Virus record (IMG/VR): IMGVR_UViG_3300008110_000166
Coordinates: 26,421-90,420 of that record
DNA from: a virus
Length of the DNA: 64,000 nt
Strand: one strand, 5' to 3'
Position numbers and translations under genes: made by a program. The notes under the pieces were generated by a model. The model searched no databases. It had not been told where the DNA came from and worked only from the letters and a program-made list of their open reading frames with translations. The stretch's first letter is position 1. The number at the start of each line of letters is the position of its first letter. This document shows positions 16,585 through 26,387 of the stretch, piece by piece.

Positions 16585-16686
16585 GGATAAATTTATCTAG
16601 AAGGCGGCCGTTTTTCTTTTGTCCGGTTGGTGACGTACACAAAATATGCAGAGCTGTGTGAGTGTCGGATAAATTTATCTAGAAGG
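16585..16686. promoter_or_regulatory. two identical 20-bp boxes containing a 12-bp palindrome (putative operators)
   Basis: GGATAAATTTATCTAGAAGG at 16585-16604 and 16667-16686. Confidence 0.7.
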
Positions 16687-16727
16687 GGCCTCAAAATAAA
16701 AAAATCGCGGAAAAGGCTTCAGCCGGA

Positions 16728-17108
16728 TTAATTTGAAGTTAGCGGCGTTTCGCTTAAATTTATCTGATTCTTCTTACTGCGACCGAAATTGCTTTGCACT
16801 CCGTTTTCACGAAGCATGTCGGCTAAATCGTCTTTGCGTTTTTGTCCCAATACTCTGAGGCAAGTATCGCCATCGGCGGTGATTCTGTAGGTCGTTTTGT
16901 TATTTGCTTCATGTTTGGCTATATAGCCGAATTTAGAAAGCGTGTCGAAGCTTCTTGAGATGTCTTTGACGAATTCCGCTCGATTTAACTGGAATTGTCT
17001 GTAGTTATCCTCGGTGAACCAGTTTCGCTTGCTTTTTGCGTAACAGAGGACAACGTATGACTTGCTGTCCAATTTGATTTGTGGTTTGAATTTTCCTTTG
17101 GTGTACAT
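16728..17108 (-). CDS. hypothetical protein, possible winged helix
   Basis: ISRSFDTLSKFGYI...YRITADG. Confidence 0.6.
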   Translation of the reverse strand: MYTKGKFKPQIKLDSKSYVVLCYAKSKRNWFTEDNYRQFQLNRAEFVKDISRSFDTLSKFGYIAKHEANNKTTYRITADGDTCLRVLGQKRKDDLADMLRENGVQSNFGRSKKNQINLSETPLTSN

Positions 17109-17166
17109 GTTGCTTGGAGTGTACCTATTTGACGTTAAATAACAACTTGCCTGGCGTCACAAGGCG

Positions 17167-17239
17167 TGCGCCCTCTGGGGCTCGAACCCAGGACCAACGG
17201 ATTAAAAGTCCGGTGCTCTACCGACTGAGCTAAAGGCGC
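17167..17239 (-). tRNA. tRNA-Lys(UUU)
   Basis: Cloverleaf GCGCCTTTAGCTCAG...CTTTTAA...GGTTCGAGCCC. Confidence 0.95.
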
Positions 17240-17244
17240 GCTAT

Positions 17245-17523
17245 TTAGAAGAAAAAGTCGTCGTCTGACTCTGACTGGTCATCGTAATAGTCTGCGACGA
17301 TATTTATCCAGTCCCACATCTCTGGCCATTCTCTTCTTTGTTTGACCATCATCTTCATGTGCTTTTTTTGGTCTGGATGTTCTGCTCTGAGAGCCTGAAC
17401 CATTTTGCCAACAGCCGTGTGCAACTGTTCATATTTTCTCTCGATTTTAGAATGCTCCACATCCAATATGGTGATTCTTTTTTGGAGGTCTTTTATGTCG
17501 CGCCTTAGGTGTTTCTTCTTCAT
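17245..17523 (-). CDS. hypothetical coiled-coil protein
   Basis: ORF with ATGA coupling. Confidence 0.65.
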   Translation of the reverse strand: MKKKHLRRDIKDLQKRITILDVEHSKIERKYEQLHTAVGKMVQALRAEHPDQKKHMKMMVKQRREWPEMWDWINIVADYYDDQSESDDDFFF

Positions 17524-17750
17524 TGTCCTCTTTGCTCCTCTTCAATCTCAAATGCCGCGTCCCTGAATGCTTGATATGCGTTCTTCCACGTCTGCGGAAC
17601 GGTGAAATCCGGGTCCACCCTATCGCTGACTTGGTCGTTGTACGCGCATTCCTCGGCGTAGTAATTGCGAATAATTTTTCTCAATCGGTCAATTTCGTAC
17701 GCTTGTTCAGCAATGATTTCCATTAAGTCGTAATCGAAGTAGTCATTCAT
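17520..17750 (-). CDS. hypothetical protein
   Basis: ORF. Confidence 0.6.
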   Translation of the reverse strand: MNDYFDYDLMEIIAEQAYEIDRLRKIIRNYYAEECAYNDQVSDRVDPDFTVPQTWKNAYQAFRDAAFEIEEEQRGQ

Positions 17751-17901
17751 TGATATCTCTCTCTTCGTCCAATATTTTTGCACAGATAGAACAGAACATA
17801 ACGCCTGCTTTTTGATTACCTAAAAACTGTTGCCAGTTCTTGCACTTATGGGGTATTCGCGACTTAATCCAATACCAACGGTATAGAAGAAAATCCATGT
17901 C

Positions 17902-18369
17902 CTAGATATTTTTAGTGAATATATCGGCGCAACAATCAGCACCAAGATTCATCGTCAATGTTCCATGCCCAATCGGGATTGATATTTCTTGGTACATCAC
18001 CTGCTTGATGCTGCAAAGGTCGCAACCAGACGAGTCGGCCATAAGTAAGGGCAGAAATCCTGATAAACATTCGAAGCAACAACCAACTCCAATTGATGGA
18101 CAGAGGAAGTGTCTGAAGGTTGGCATTGTGGTGCTGAAATGTGGGCAAAACTTATCAATCTTTCCAAGCAACCTCTGAAGAGCCTCTGTTCTTTTTTCAG
18201 AAGACTTTTCATGAGTGATTCCCGTGAAGTTTTTCCCCTTGAGTTGCTTTTTCATCTCGGTGAAAAATTCGCTCTCGGCCTCAACAAAGTTGCGCATGAA
18301 TTCTTTCAGTTCATCTTCGTTTGCGAACTTCTTTATCTCAGGTGCTGACTTTCTGTATCTTGGTTGCAT
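17902..18369 (-). CDS. Cys-rich hypothetical protein
   Basis: AAGGAG RBS before MQPRY; the upstream extension overlaps a tRNA. Confidence 0.65.
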   Translation of the reverse strand: MQPRYRKSAPEIKKFANEDELKEFMRNFVEAESEFFTEMKKQLKGKNFTGITHEKSSEKRTEALQRLLGKIDKFCPHFSTTMPTFRHFLCPSIGVGCCFECLSGFLPLLMADSSGCDLCSIKQVMYQEISIPIGHGTLTMNLGADCCADIFTKNI

Positions 18370-18380
18370 ATTTTCTCCTT

Positions 18381-18454
<74 letters not shown>

Positions 18455-18459
18455 TTTAT

Positions 18460-19116
18460 TTACGGGATTTTTATTGTAATAATCTTCGAGAGTGCAGTGT
18501 AACCAGGGTTTTCGTATGAATCAACTTCAGATATCTCAATTATCTCGATTAATTCGCTATCTACAAGCCGTTCCAGTTGCCCCATGAATCCAGAATCCTG
18601 AAAGTGGTCGCTTTTAACACTAAATACAGCATAGGAATCAGCCTGCATCATTCTGATTATCTTCAATAAATGACCAGCATCTAAATGCCCAGTTGTAAAA
18701 GTTCCAGAGCTCACCATAAAGCTATAAGTATTTTTCTGGATTTGATTTTGGTTTGATATATCACCGATATAGATTTTCCGGTAGCACATACGGCCATTTT
18801 GCTTCTTTTTGTTATAGGCATAAAAAACCATTTCGGGTGAAATGTCTATTCCGTCAATACGTATGTTTTGGGGATTTGAACCAAGTTCCAATCCAAGAAG
18901 ACCAGTTCCGCAACCGATATCAATAATCTCTTCAGTGCGCCTCAAGGTATTGAGCAAATGTGATGCCTTTTCCGCCACGCGTTTGTGAAGCACGTAACCA
19001 ACAGATTCTGTAAATCTGTCATAATCTTTAGCCGAGTCATCGTAATACTTTGATAGCTCTTCGCTATTTTTGTATGAGTAGGCCAGATTTATTGAAAAAT
19101 CGTCTGGTGATTTCAT
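18460..19116 (-). CDS. class I SAM-dependent methyltransferase
   Basis: IIDIGCGTGLLG, DGIDISPEM, SSGTFTTGH. Confidence 0.9.
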   Translation of the reverse strand: MKSPDDFSINLAYSYKNSEELSKYYDDSAKDYDRFTESVGYVLHKRVAEKASHLLNTLRRTEEIIDIGCGTGLLGLELGSNPQNIRIDGIDISPEMVFYAYNKKKQNGRMCYRKIYIGDISNQNQIQKNTYSFMVSSGTFTTGHLDAGHLLKIIRMMQADSYAVFSVKSDHFQDSGFMGQLERLVDSELIEIIEISEVDSYENPGYTALSKIITIKIP

Positions 19117-20226
19117 CTAATAGCTGTGAACGAAAGCCGCAAACTCTTCTTCTGAATCACCGAGATTCTCGAACTCAATGGTTCCCATTTCTTCAAATTT
19201 CCTACGCAACCAAGCCCCATTTCTATCGAGTAGCCCAAGCTTACTGACATTTGGAACAATTTTGGCAGCCAGCATTTTTCGAATCCAGGCCTGTGCTGGG
19301 TCTTTCAATAGGTACGGTGCGATGTCTTTGGTCTTTACGCCCATCTTTTCATAAACTTCCTGCTGAAGCATTCTTTCACCGAGCTTGACGCTGGCTTCAT
19401 AAGCGAACTGCTGACGCTCCATTATTTCGGAGTCGCTCATCTCCGCATAAATCTCTTTGAGAGAAAGAACCCCGAACGATATGTGCCTCGCCTCATCGGC
19501 CATGACGTTTCTGAGCAATTGCTTGAGTAGTGGTTCGTTTGTAAGTTCACGCATGTACGCCATGGAGGCAAGGCCTAAACCTTCGACCATTATTTGCATA
19601 CCAAGGTATGTCATATCCCAACGATTGTCTGCAATTGTGTCGTCAACGAGGCTTTGAATGTGCCAGTTAAAAGGAAGAGTGCCACCGAGTTTTTCCTTGG
19701 CATACTTTGCAAATACCTCAACATGGCGAGCTTCGTCCATGACTTGCGTAGAGGCATACAACTTGCCGTCATACCACGGACATGTTTGCGTCAATTTTGC
19801 TGAGCACATCAACGCGGCCTGCTCTCCATGAATGAATTGGGAAATAAGCCAACGGCGACTATTTACGCCAAATTCAAGCCATTCTTTATCGCCCCAGTGC
19901 TCAACAGGGCTGCCGTCATACACCGACATCTCACGACTTGAGCCGAAGTTGGCATAATCCTCTATTACTGAGCGTTCTACGTCTACTTCGGTTGACCAGT
20001 CAAGGGCTGTTTCACCGTTCCACTGATTATTTTTCGCCTTTTCGTAAAGCTTGCGGAGCTGTGGTCTTACAAGACTGTAATCCCAGGTGAAGATGACATC
20101 ACTATCGTTTTTTACAACTCGGTCAACTGCTTCGAAATCCACATCTGGCGCGGAAATAATTGGCTCAATATCGCCATAGCTGACGCGGCCAATAAATTCC
20201 TTGTAGGTTTCACGCGTGACCGTCAT
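19117..20226 (-). CDS. ferritin-like diiron enzyme (AurF/R2-like superfamily)
   Basis: HGE...DEARH...VEG...DEARH diiron ligand pattern. Confidence 0.85.
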   Translation of the reverse strand: MTVTRETYKEFIGRVSYGDIEPIISAPDVDFEAVDRVVKNDSDVIFTWDYSLVRPQLRKLYEKAKNNQWNGETALDWSTEVDVERSVIEDYANFGSSREMSVYDGSPVEHWGDKEWLEFGVNSRRWLISQFIHGEQAALMCSAKLTQTCPWYDGKLYASTQVMDEARHVEVFAKYAKEKLGGTLPFNWHIQSLVDDTIADNRWDMTYLGMQIMVEGLGLASMAYMRELTNEPLLKQLLRNVMADEARHISFGVLSLKEIYAEMSDSEIMERQQFAYEASVKLGERMLQQEVYEKMGVKTKDIAPYLLKDPAQAWIRKMLAAKIVPNVSKLGLLDRNGAWLRRKFEEMGTIEFENLGDSEEEFAAFVHSY

Positions 20227-20256
20227 AGTCCAACAATATTAGCAGTTTGTCTTATT

Positions 20257-20883
20257 TTAAAGGCTGTAGAAATTGGTGCTGGCGAATTTGTGGCCACTCT
20301 TTACAGGTGCCGAAGCGTGCCACTGGAGGGCATCAAAAAACACAATCGTTCCGGCTTGTGGCTTCAGCGACATTATGTCGTGCTGATACTCGGTCTGCCT
20401 TTTAGTGGAAAAAAGCAATTCGCCGCCCTCATAGTTATCGTTGATGTAGAAAACGGACGAAAGGTGAACGACTGGAAAGCCGTTTTTTATTACATATTCA
20501 GATATCGACCAATCTTGGTGATATGGGAGAGATTGACCTTGGGCATACCGAACGATTGATTCGCCTTGTAGGCGAGTTGTTTGCTTTCCGTATTGCTCGA
20601 GGATTATATCTTTGCATATTTTATTCAATTTCAACGTAATCTCTTTAAGGACTCTGTTCATGTCCTGAAATCGATGAGAACGCAAAACTTCGTCTGGTGC
20701 TGGTGGTGCACCGAATTCTTTTAGTTTTTCATCAGTTATTCCAGTTTGCTGTTGAGCTAACAACTTATCTGGTATTCCACCATACGACTCGTTGATATAG
20801 AAGTCAACGCTTTCACAGTACTCATGCATCGTTTCCAGCGTTTGACTATCAACTACATCTGTTCTTATGAGTGTGTCAAACAC
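20257..20883 (-). CDS. 2OG-Fe(II) oxygenase (prolyl-4-hydroxylase-like)
   Basis: HQD...YINDNYEGGEL...WHAS..VKSGHK. Confidence 0.85.
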   Translation of the reverse strand: MFDTLIRTDVVDSQTLETMHEYCESVDFYINESYGGIPDKLLAQQQTGITDEKLKEFGAPPAPDEVLRSHRFQDMNRVLKEITLKLNKICKDIILEQYGKQTTRLQGESIVRYAQGQSLPYHQDWSISEYVIKNGFPVVHLSSVFYINDNYEGGELLFSTKRQTEYQHDIMSLKPQAGTIVFFDALQWHASAPVKSGHKFASTNFYSL

Positions 20884-21466
20884 TTAATGGGTCTCCGTAA
20901 AAGTATTGCCTAGCAAGCTGGTGGTCAATCACGTTGCAGTCAATCCACCAATCTTCGTGGACATCCCTCCAAATCAGCGTGTACCCGAGGGCGTCAAGTA
21001 TCTCCCTCTGCGCATCTCTTACTGTGTTTAGTCTCCAATACATATTCTCATCATGCTCAAATACAATCACATTGAATCTGTACTGAGTTAGGGGAAGCGT
21101 AATTAGGCCCAATAGAGTTGTGTATGGGGTAATTGGCCTTATGTTTGTGTCATACCCAGCATCAATATCTACCTGTAAGTAGTCAATTTGTTTCGGGAAG
21201 AAGTTGTCATTAAAATATGCCAAGTAGTCAAACTTCAAGGCATCACCAAAGCATGGATTTGTTCTGTTGCTAATGAACTCTTCCCTTTTTTCATCAACTA
21301 TCTCAAAAGAAACACCTGACCAGTTGTAGTCACGTTCGAGATGAAACGTGTTGCTTCCATTCACTGAATGGAACGCTCCAAGCTCAACATAAAAACCATC
21401 TTTTTTGTACCCACTCATCGCGAGGGCAAATTTTTCTTGCGCGCTTACGCCTAAATATTCTGTCAT
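20876..21466 (-). CDS. FkbM-like methyltransferase
   Basis: GFYVELGA....GSNT..LE....WSG; IDYLQVDID; FEH. Confidence 0.8.
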   Translation of the reverse strand: MTEYLGVSAQEKFALAMSGYKKDGFYVELGAFHSVNGSNTFHLERDYNWSGVSFEIVDEKREEFISNRTNPCFGDALKFDYLAYFNDNFFPKQIDYLQVDIDAGYDTNIRPITPYTTLLGLITLPLTQYRFNVIVFEHDENMYWRLNTVRDAQREILDALGYTLIWRDVHEDWWIDCNVIDHQLARQYFYGDPLSV

Positions 21467-22368
21467 CGGTCTTCCCTGACTCCGTATCCTTTAACTAGGT
21501 TTCCTTTATAAGCTCTTACTAATTCTTTTGAAATTGTTGGTATCCCGTTTTCAAACATCATTAAAGCAGGTCCTGCCTTGGCGTAAACGCTCTTCTTTTC
21601 ATCATCGGTTCCGCAGACTTGTTGTTTCCAGGCCTCTTCGCCATACTTCTCTACACCAGCCTCCCATTCAGGCGTGACGGGGTCAACATACTTGCCAAAA
21701 GAACGGAATAGCCACTTCTCTCCCTGACCAGTCGGGCATACGGAGTGAAAATATGGGCGACCATCTCCGGGGAACAATGGATTGCCTGATGGAAAGACGA
21801 GAATTTCACCCGCTTTTGGCTTGTACCTTATTGCCTTCCCATCAGCCCAAAACTCGATTTCTCCACCCTCGTAATCATCGTTTGGGTATGTGCAGGATGT
21901 AATCATGAACTTTTCACCAGGAAAGTCGACGGTCTCCGGAATGAAATCAACATGAAAGCTCATCGCTTTTGGGTCTATTTTGTCATGGTCGGATGAATTC
22001 TCTTTGTATGAGCATGGTCCTGGACTTGTCAGTATTGGTAATTCATTGCCCGTATTTGGGTCGACAATTCCGTTTACCTTCTGATAGTGAATCATTGCCG
22101 CATGTATCGCCGCTGTTGCACGTCGGTAGCATCCGCGTTCGAAATTGGCAATCTCTGGTTCGCCGTTTCCCTCGTTTATGAGAGCCATATGGCCAAATGT
22201 GTACCAAGGCGTCCATTTACCGTAGAAATTATTATCGGCGTTCCGCTCTTTGCTTTCTCTCAGCGATTTGTAAATCTCCTCGTGGTCTGGGAGGAGCTTT
22301 TTGTAGACAAATATGTAGTCGTGAATCTCTTCGTATTCAAAGTCCATCGCAAATGTCTGCATTTCCAT
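21463..22368 (-). CDS. 2OG-Fe(II) oxygenase
   Basis: HVD...YPNDDYEGGEI...FPSG...YFHSV. Confidence 0.85.
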   Translation of the reverse strand: MEMQTFAMDFEYEEIHDYIFVYKKLLPDHEEIYKSLRESKERNADNNFYGKWTPWYTFGHMALINEGNGEPEIANFERGCYRRATAAIHAAMIHYQKVNGIVDPNTGNELPILTSPGPCSYKENSSDHDKIDPKAMSFHVDFIPETVDFPGEKFMITSCTYPNDDYEGGEIEFWADGKAIRYKPKAGEILVFPSGNPLFPGDGRPYFHSVCPTGQGEKWLFRSFGKYVDPVTPEWEAGVEKYGEEAWKQQVCGTDDEKKSVYAKAGPALMMFENGIPTISKELVRAYKGNLVKGYGVREDR

Positions 22369-22418
22369 GTTAAAAAATTAGCATGTCTGACAGTTTTTAG
22401 TGGGAATAGCTTTACCTA

Positions 22419-22700
22419 TTAGATATCCCTCGGTGGGATTGGTACCCCTCCGCCAGCCATTTTATGGAATGTTTTATCATCCAGAACCTCAAAAGACCAC
22501 GCATCTTGAGTGAATCCATTGTTTATTTCATGCGGTCTTCTGTCGATTAGCGATATGAGCCTGCAGCGTGAAAACTTCCCATCAATATCCGTGGTTACAT
22601 ACCATGTTTTAACTGGGTCTTTAGTTTGCCAAATCACATAGATACAGTCGTCTGTTTTCCCGGCTTTTGTTATCTGTCCGATTGTCCCTTTTTGTGGCAT
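22419..22700 (-). CDS. hypothetical protein
   Basis: ORF with AAGGAG RBS. Confidence 0.55.
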   Translation of the reverse strand: MPQKGTIGQITKAGKTDDCIYVIWQTKDPVKTWYVTTDIDGKFSRCRLISLIDRRPHEINNGFTQDAWSFEVLDDKTFHKMAGGGVPIPPRDI

Positions 22701-22701
22701 T

Positions 22702-23100
22702 TCACTCCTTCGTTTTCTTATCTACTTCTGAGTACTTTGCATATGTCAGATTGCTCGCAGCAAATTCTGGGTTCAGCGTTTTGTACCAGTTTCCAATTGA
22801 CTTCATCAACACACCTGAACCACCGGTAGCTTCGCATGTTCTGCCGGCGATTTCTTCGTACTTTGCAACAACTGCATCCATTTCATTGCGAAGAGATGGG
22901 TCGGATGGCTGGAAGTAGAATCTCAAGCCACCAAATTTTTCTTTGATTTGTTGCAGGTCGTACTTGGGGTCAATTTCTGAAAGTTCCTTGTCGCAATCAA
23001 GCACAAGCTGGTACCAGCCCTCGTCGACATCGATATACGGCAAATATGGTGGCTTAATTTTTAATTTCAACAAGGTGATTTTTCGATTAAGTTCGTCCAT
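22702..23100 (-). CDS. conserved phage hypothetical protein
   Basis: GW..L...QIKEKFGGLRFY...TCE..G family motif. Confidence 0.75.
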   Translation of the reverse strand: MDELNRKITLLKLKIKPPYLPYIDVDEGWYQLVLDCDKELSEIDPKYDLQQIKEKFGGLRFYFQPSDPSLRNEMDAVVAKYEEIAGRTCEATGGSGVLMKSIGNWYKTLNPEFAASNLTYAKYSEVDKKTKE

Positions 23101-23112
23101 ATTCGCTCTTCC

Positions 23113-23784
23113 TTACAGGTCTATCGCTGGTGGCTCAGAGGGTCCGCCATCGAATGCGTTATTAATCCAAGTCCACACCACGAAGCCGGATTCGTTTATC
23201 ACATCAGTGCAACCATTACCTCGGAAAATGAGGTTAATCATTTGAGTATTGTCTTCTAGGTTATTCATCTCTTCAATTACCTTAAATTTAAAGCCAGCTT
23301 CAGTTAACCTGCTGGTCGCAATATCTAGGCCGTCGTTTTGAATATCAAGCAAAACATTATCTTGAACGCAATCCCAGTTAATAGCCCACGACATCCCGGT
23401 ATTGAGATGGTCCCAATAGTCCATGTCTCCCTCGTAATGGGTAATCATTGGCTGCTCCAGTGTCGGCAGATTGCACCAGTAGTCTACGTAGCCATTTCCT
23501 TTAATATTCCATCTCGCGAACGCCCCATCAGAACGCATCTTCGTAAATGCTGAAAACAAACGATAGTAATCAGAATTTTTTGGCGGCGACATTGGTTCTT
23601 CGTTACGTTTGCGCGTAGTTCTGACTACGCCATCACAACCAATAACCCTGCTACGGGGAACCCACATTCGGTGATATCTATCGTACTCTGTTTCGCGACT
23701 ATTTGTGAGACGCAACGATTTAAGACGTTGAGTCTCATCATTTTGACGACGTTGCAATTCATTGAGTGTAAGTGTGTTTGTCAT
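23113..23784 (-). CDS. hypothetical protein
   Basis: ORF; start uncertain. Confidence 0.6.
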   Translation of the reverse strand: MTNTLTLNELQRRQNDETQRLKSLRLTNSRETEYDRYHRMWVPRSRVIGCDGVVRTTRKRNEEPMSPPKNSDYYRLFSAFTKMRSDGAFARWNIKGNGYVDYWCNLPTLEQPMITHYEGDMDYWDHLNTGMSWAINWDCVQDNVLLDIQNDGLDIATSRLTEAGFKFKVIEEMNNLEDNTQMINLIFRGNGCTDVINESGFVVWTWINNAFDGGPSEPPAIDL

Positions 23785-23787
23785 TTG

Positions 23788-23862
23788 TGCCCCTGGTTGG
23801 AGTTGAACCAACGTGTACCGCTACGGTTTCTACACCTTATAAGAGTGAGCCGATACAGGGGC
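23788..23862 (-). tRNA. atypical D-arm-less tRNA-like RNA, UAU anticodon, long variable arm
   Basis: Acceptor GCCCCTG/CAGGGGC-A, T-arm GTTGG-TTCAACT-CCAAC, anticodon loop CTTATAA, variable stem ACCG-TAG-CGGT, no D-stem. Confidence 0.65.
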
Positions 23863-23902
23863 GAGCATCACACACATCCCTGTATTCGACCCATAAAAAG
23901 CA

Positions 23903-24286
23903 TTAGCTCAGTTGTTCTTTGACGTAGTCGGCCCATTCTGGGCAAAGGAAAATTACTGAACCAGCAATGACTGCTGAATATAGTTCGTCATCGTAGTTAC
24001 CCGAGGAGTTCTCGTTAAATACTTCAATGAGGCCATCAATCGTTCCGCCTTGGTCAAACACTTCGCATACGGTTGTGCCAAGTTCGAGCAAATCTGCCTC
24101 TGTCCAAGAGCGAGCTTGAGCTGACTCGTTGTAAAGCATGTCTAGATACTGGTCAAACTTATTCAGTTCTGGAGCTGGTGCCTCTGTTGGCGGAGTTGTT
24201 ACGAGCACCTCGCGGATGGTTTCTTTTTGACCGCACCCAACGAGAATCGATGCAACGATTGCTAAACCAATAATTCGAGTTTTCAT
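23903..24286 (-). CDS. DUF732-like lipoprotein
   Basis: Lipobox LVGC; LLELGTTVC...SVIFLCP. Confidence 0.7.
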   Translation of the reverse strand: MKTRIIGLAIVASILVGCGQKETIREVLVTTPPTEAPAPELNKFDQYLDMLYNESAQARSWTEADLLELGTTVCEVFDQGGTIDGLIEVFNENSSGNYDDELYSAVIAGSVIFLCPEWADYVKEQLS

Positions 24287-24459
24287 TTGATTCCTTAATT
24301 CAATAATTTGTGGTTTATGACTTTTATCTTATTTATCAGTTTCTTTTTTGACAACCTCGTCCTGCACGTCCACTTCCTCTTCTTCATACCACTCTATGTG
24401 GTTCTGTTCTCCGAGGTCTGTCCGTTCAAGATTTATTAGTTTTCGTACTCTCTTTTTCA

Positions 24460-24804
24460 TCAGAGTAGTCCACGTCTTTTGAGTGCATACTCGTATAAAA
24501 CAACTTCACGTTTTCTTGCTTCTTCTTCGTCCACTGCGGTTCCATTTTTGTAAGCAGCAAGACAGTCAAAAAGTTGGTCGGAAAGATTTCTTTCGTACTC
24601 GTAATCTTTGCGCCAGTTATCTCTATCGAGACGAAGTAGTACGTATCGAGATTGAAGCGCTTTGATTTCATTAACTACAGTTCTTGCAAAATCGCTTGGG
24701 CTTTTTAGAAGTTCATCAATCACTAAAAGCAGTGATTCGTTTTCCCCACCATAACCAACAGGCAATTCCTCGGGCAGGAGTTCGGATTCCATATTGTCGT
24801 TCAT
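24460..24804 (-). CDS. hypothetical coiled-coil protein
   Basis: ORF with ATGA overlap. Confidence 0.6.
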   Translation of the reverse strand: MNDNMESELLPEELPVGYGGENESLLLVIDELLKSPSDFARTVVNEIKALQSRYVLLRLDRDNWRKDYEYERNLSDQLFDCLAAYKNGTAVDEEEARKREVVLYEYALKRRGLL

Positions 24805-25259
24805 GCCGGTAAATCGTATTCGCTATTCCTCATCAAATCAATCACATCTTGCGGCATCAAGAGAAATCCACGGGCCGGGTTATCCTTCCCGCCTAGGTTG
24901 ATTTTTGTGTTTTCGTTGAATCTTGGCTTGTTAAGCCTGAGGTACCGCTTTAATCTATCGACGTTGATGATGACGAATGCTTCGTCCATCGAAAAAACGT
25001 ATACCCACCATTTAGCCGTAGTGACGTTTATTCCGCTTTTGTGCCAAATTTGGTTCCCATTGTTGTCGCGGATGCCACGTGGGTTTTGGTCGGTCTCGAC
25101 GACCATCCTCCCATTTCTGTAGCGGTCGCTTTTTACTTCGAAAGAGCCACCAGATAATGAGTCAAGAAAACTGGAAACGAGGCTTTCGCCTTTTTGGCCA
25201 AACGATAAGTCAGTTTTAAAATCAAACTGCCGAGCTGGCACATCAAAGGATTCTTGCAT
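24801..25259 (-). CDS. PD-(D/E)xK-like nuclease-fold protein
   Basis: DL.FGQ.GE...FEVKSD...GRMVVE...SGI..T.A.WW. Confidence 0.6.
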   Translation of the reverse strand: MQESFDVPARQFDFKTDLSFGQKGESLVSSFLDSLSGGSFEVKSDRYRNGRMVVETDQNPRGIRDNNGNQIWHKSGINVTTAKWWVYVFSMDEAFVIINVDRLKRYLRLNKPRFNENTKINLGGKDNPARGFLLMPQDVIDLMRNSEYDLPA

Positions 25260-25303
25260 GGGGCCAAGGTTATCGAGACATTAAAAGTCTGACAACCATA
25301 GAC

Positions 25304-25939
25304 CTACATTCTCCAGTTAGACAATCCGCCTTGGCTATTGTTCATTATGTAGCGAGCCATCATGAGGTTGCAGTGAATAGTCTTCAGTCCCTGCATCCGA
25401 TTGTCGACCGCATTCTCCCCGCAGACTTCTTTGACGGCTGAGTACCATCCAGAATTGATTTGTAGAAGGCCGGTATCGTACGACTTGTCCTTATTTAGGG
25501 CGTACGTCATATTCCCGTTGGCATCCCATGTGGCATTCTGGGCCTTAGGACGGCACCCAGACTCTCTCCAGGCGATGTAGGACCACGTTTGCACTGGATA
25601 GAGCCCATACGCCTCAAACACTGGTTCTAGACGCGGACAACGCTTTTCTGGGTCTTGTGGAACCTCTTGCCTCTTGCCTCTGTGGTCGCTTTTTACTGGC
25701 GGAAACTGCGGCAAGACTCTCTGTGCTCTGAATGGCGGTTCGGTTTCCCGAATGCTCTGGTTTTCTGCCCAGAGTGGGTTCTCGACCATTATCTCCACGT
25801 GCTCTGCTTTCCCTGATGGGGCTTCTGCTTCGCTGGAATTAAGTGGTATTAAGACTCCCGTCATGAAAAAGAGTAAAGAAATTCCATATCCCAAAACTGC
25901 GTTCAACTTTTTGTCTCCTGTGGCTAGCGGATAGGACAA
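25304..25939 (-). CDS. lysozyme-like (SLT-type) transglycosylase with N-terminal membrane anchor
   Basis: IAWRESGC, DTGLLQIN, CNL..A. Confidence 0.75.
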   Translation of the reverse strand: MSYPLATGDKKLNAVLGYGISLLFFMTGVLIPLNSSEAEAPSGKAEHVEIMVENPLWAENQSIRETEPPFRAQRVLPQFPPVKSDHRGKRQEVPQDPEKRCPRLEPVFEAYGLYPVQTWSYIAWRESGCRPKAQNATWDANGNMTYALNKDKSYDTGLLQINSGWYSAVKEVCGENAVDNRMQGLKTIHCNLMMARYIMNNSQGGLSNWRM

Positions 25940-26048
25940 CAGGTGTTAATAACTAACCTGCCTATGTGTGTCACTTTGACACCTCTATATTACCAAATTA
26001 TTACGTGGGCCCCAACATCTTGCCCAAACCCTTTACAGATAAAGGCCT

Positions 26049-26312
26049 TTATTCTCGGCCGAGTAGGTCTTGTACAAATTTTTCTCCATCTTTTAGCTTT
26101 ATTTGGACTAAAGCTACATCGTTTTCGAGCACTTCTGTAACCTCAATTTCGAGTGAAGCCCCAATAACTGCAGATATATTTAGCATTTCTTCAAATACTG
26201 TATCCGCCTCTTCGTCCGTAGATGTGTCATCGGTGTTGATGTATGTAAGGACCCATGCTATCTGTTCAATAAGGGCAAGTCTCGCTTCATCTTTTGAGTA
26301 GCTCATGTTCAC
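26049..26312 (-). CDS. acidic hypothetical protein
   Basis: ORF. Confidence 0.6.
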   Translation of the reverse strand: MNMSYSKDEARLALIEQIAWVLTYINTDDTSTDEEADTVFEEMLNISAVIGASLEIEVTEVLENDVALVQIKLKDGEKFVQDLLGRE

Positions 26313-26387
26313 ATACCCTATCAGCGAGGTGGTATGGTATGTGCACCGAGGTCGTCGACCTCGGTAATTAACCCACTAGGAGAAGAA

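Noticed and set aside
19117-20226. Class I RNR small subunit (nrdB/nrdF)
   Set aside because: The RNR present is class II NrdJ, there is no adjacent large subunit, and the sequence looks more like AurF-type ferritin-like proteins
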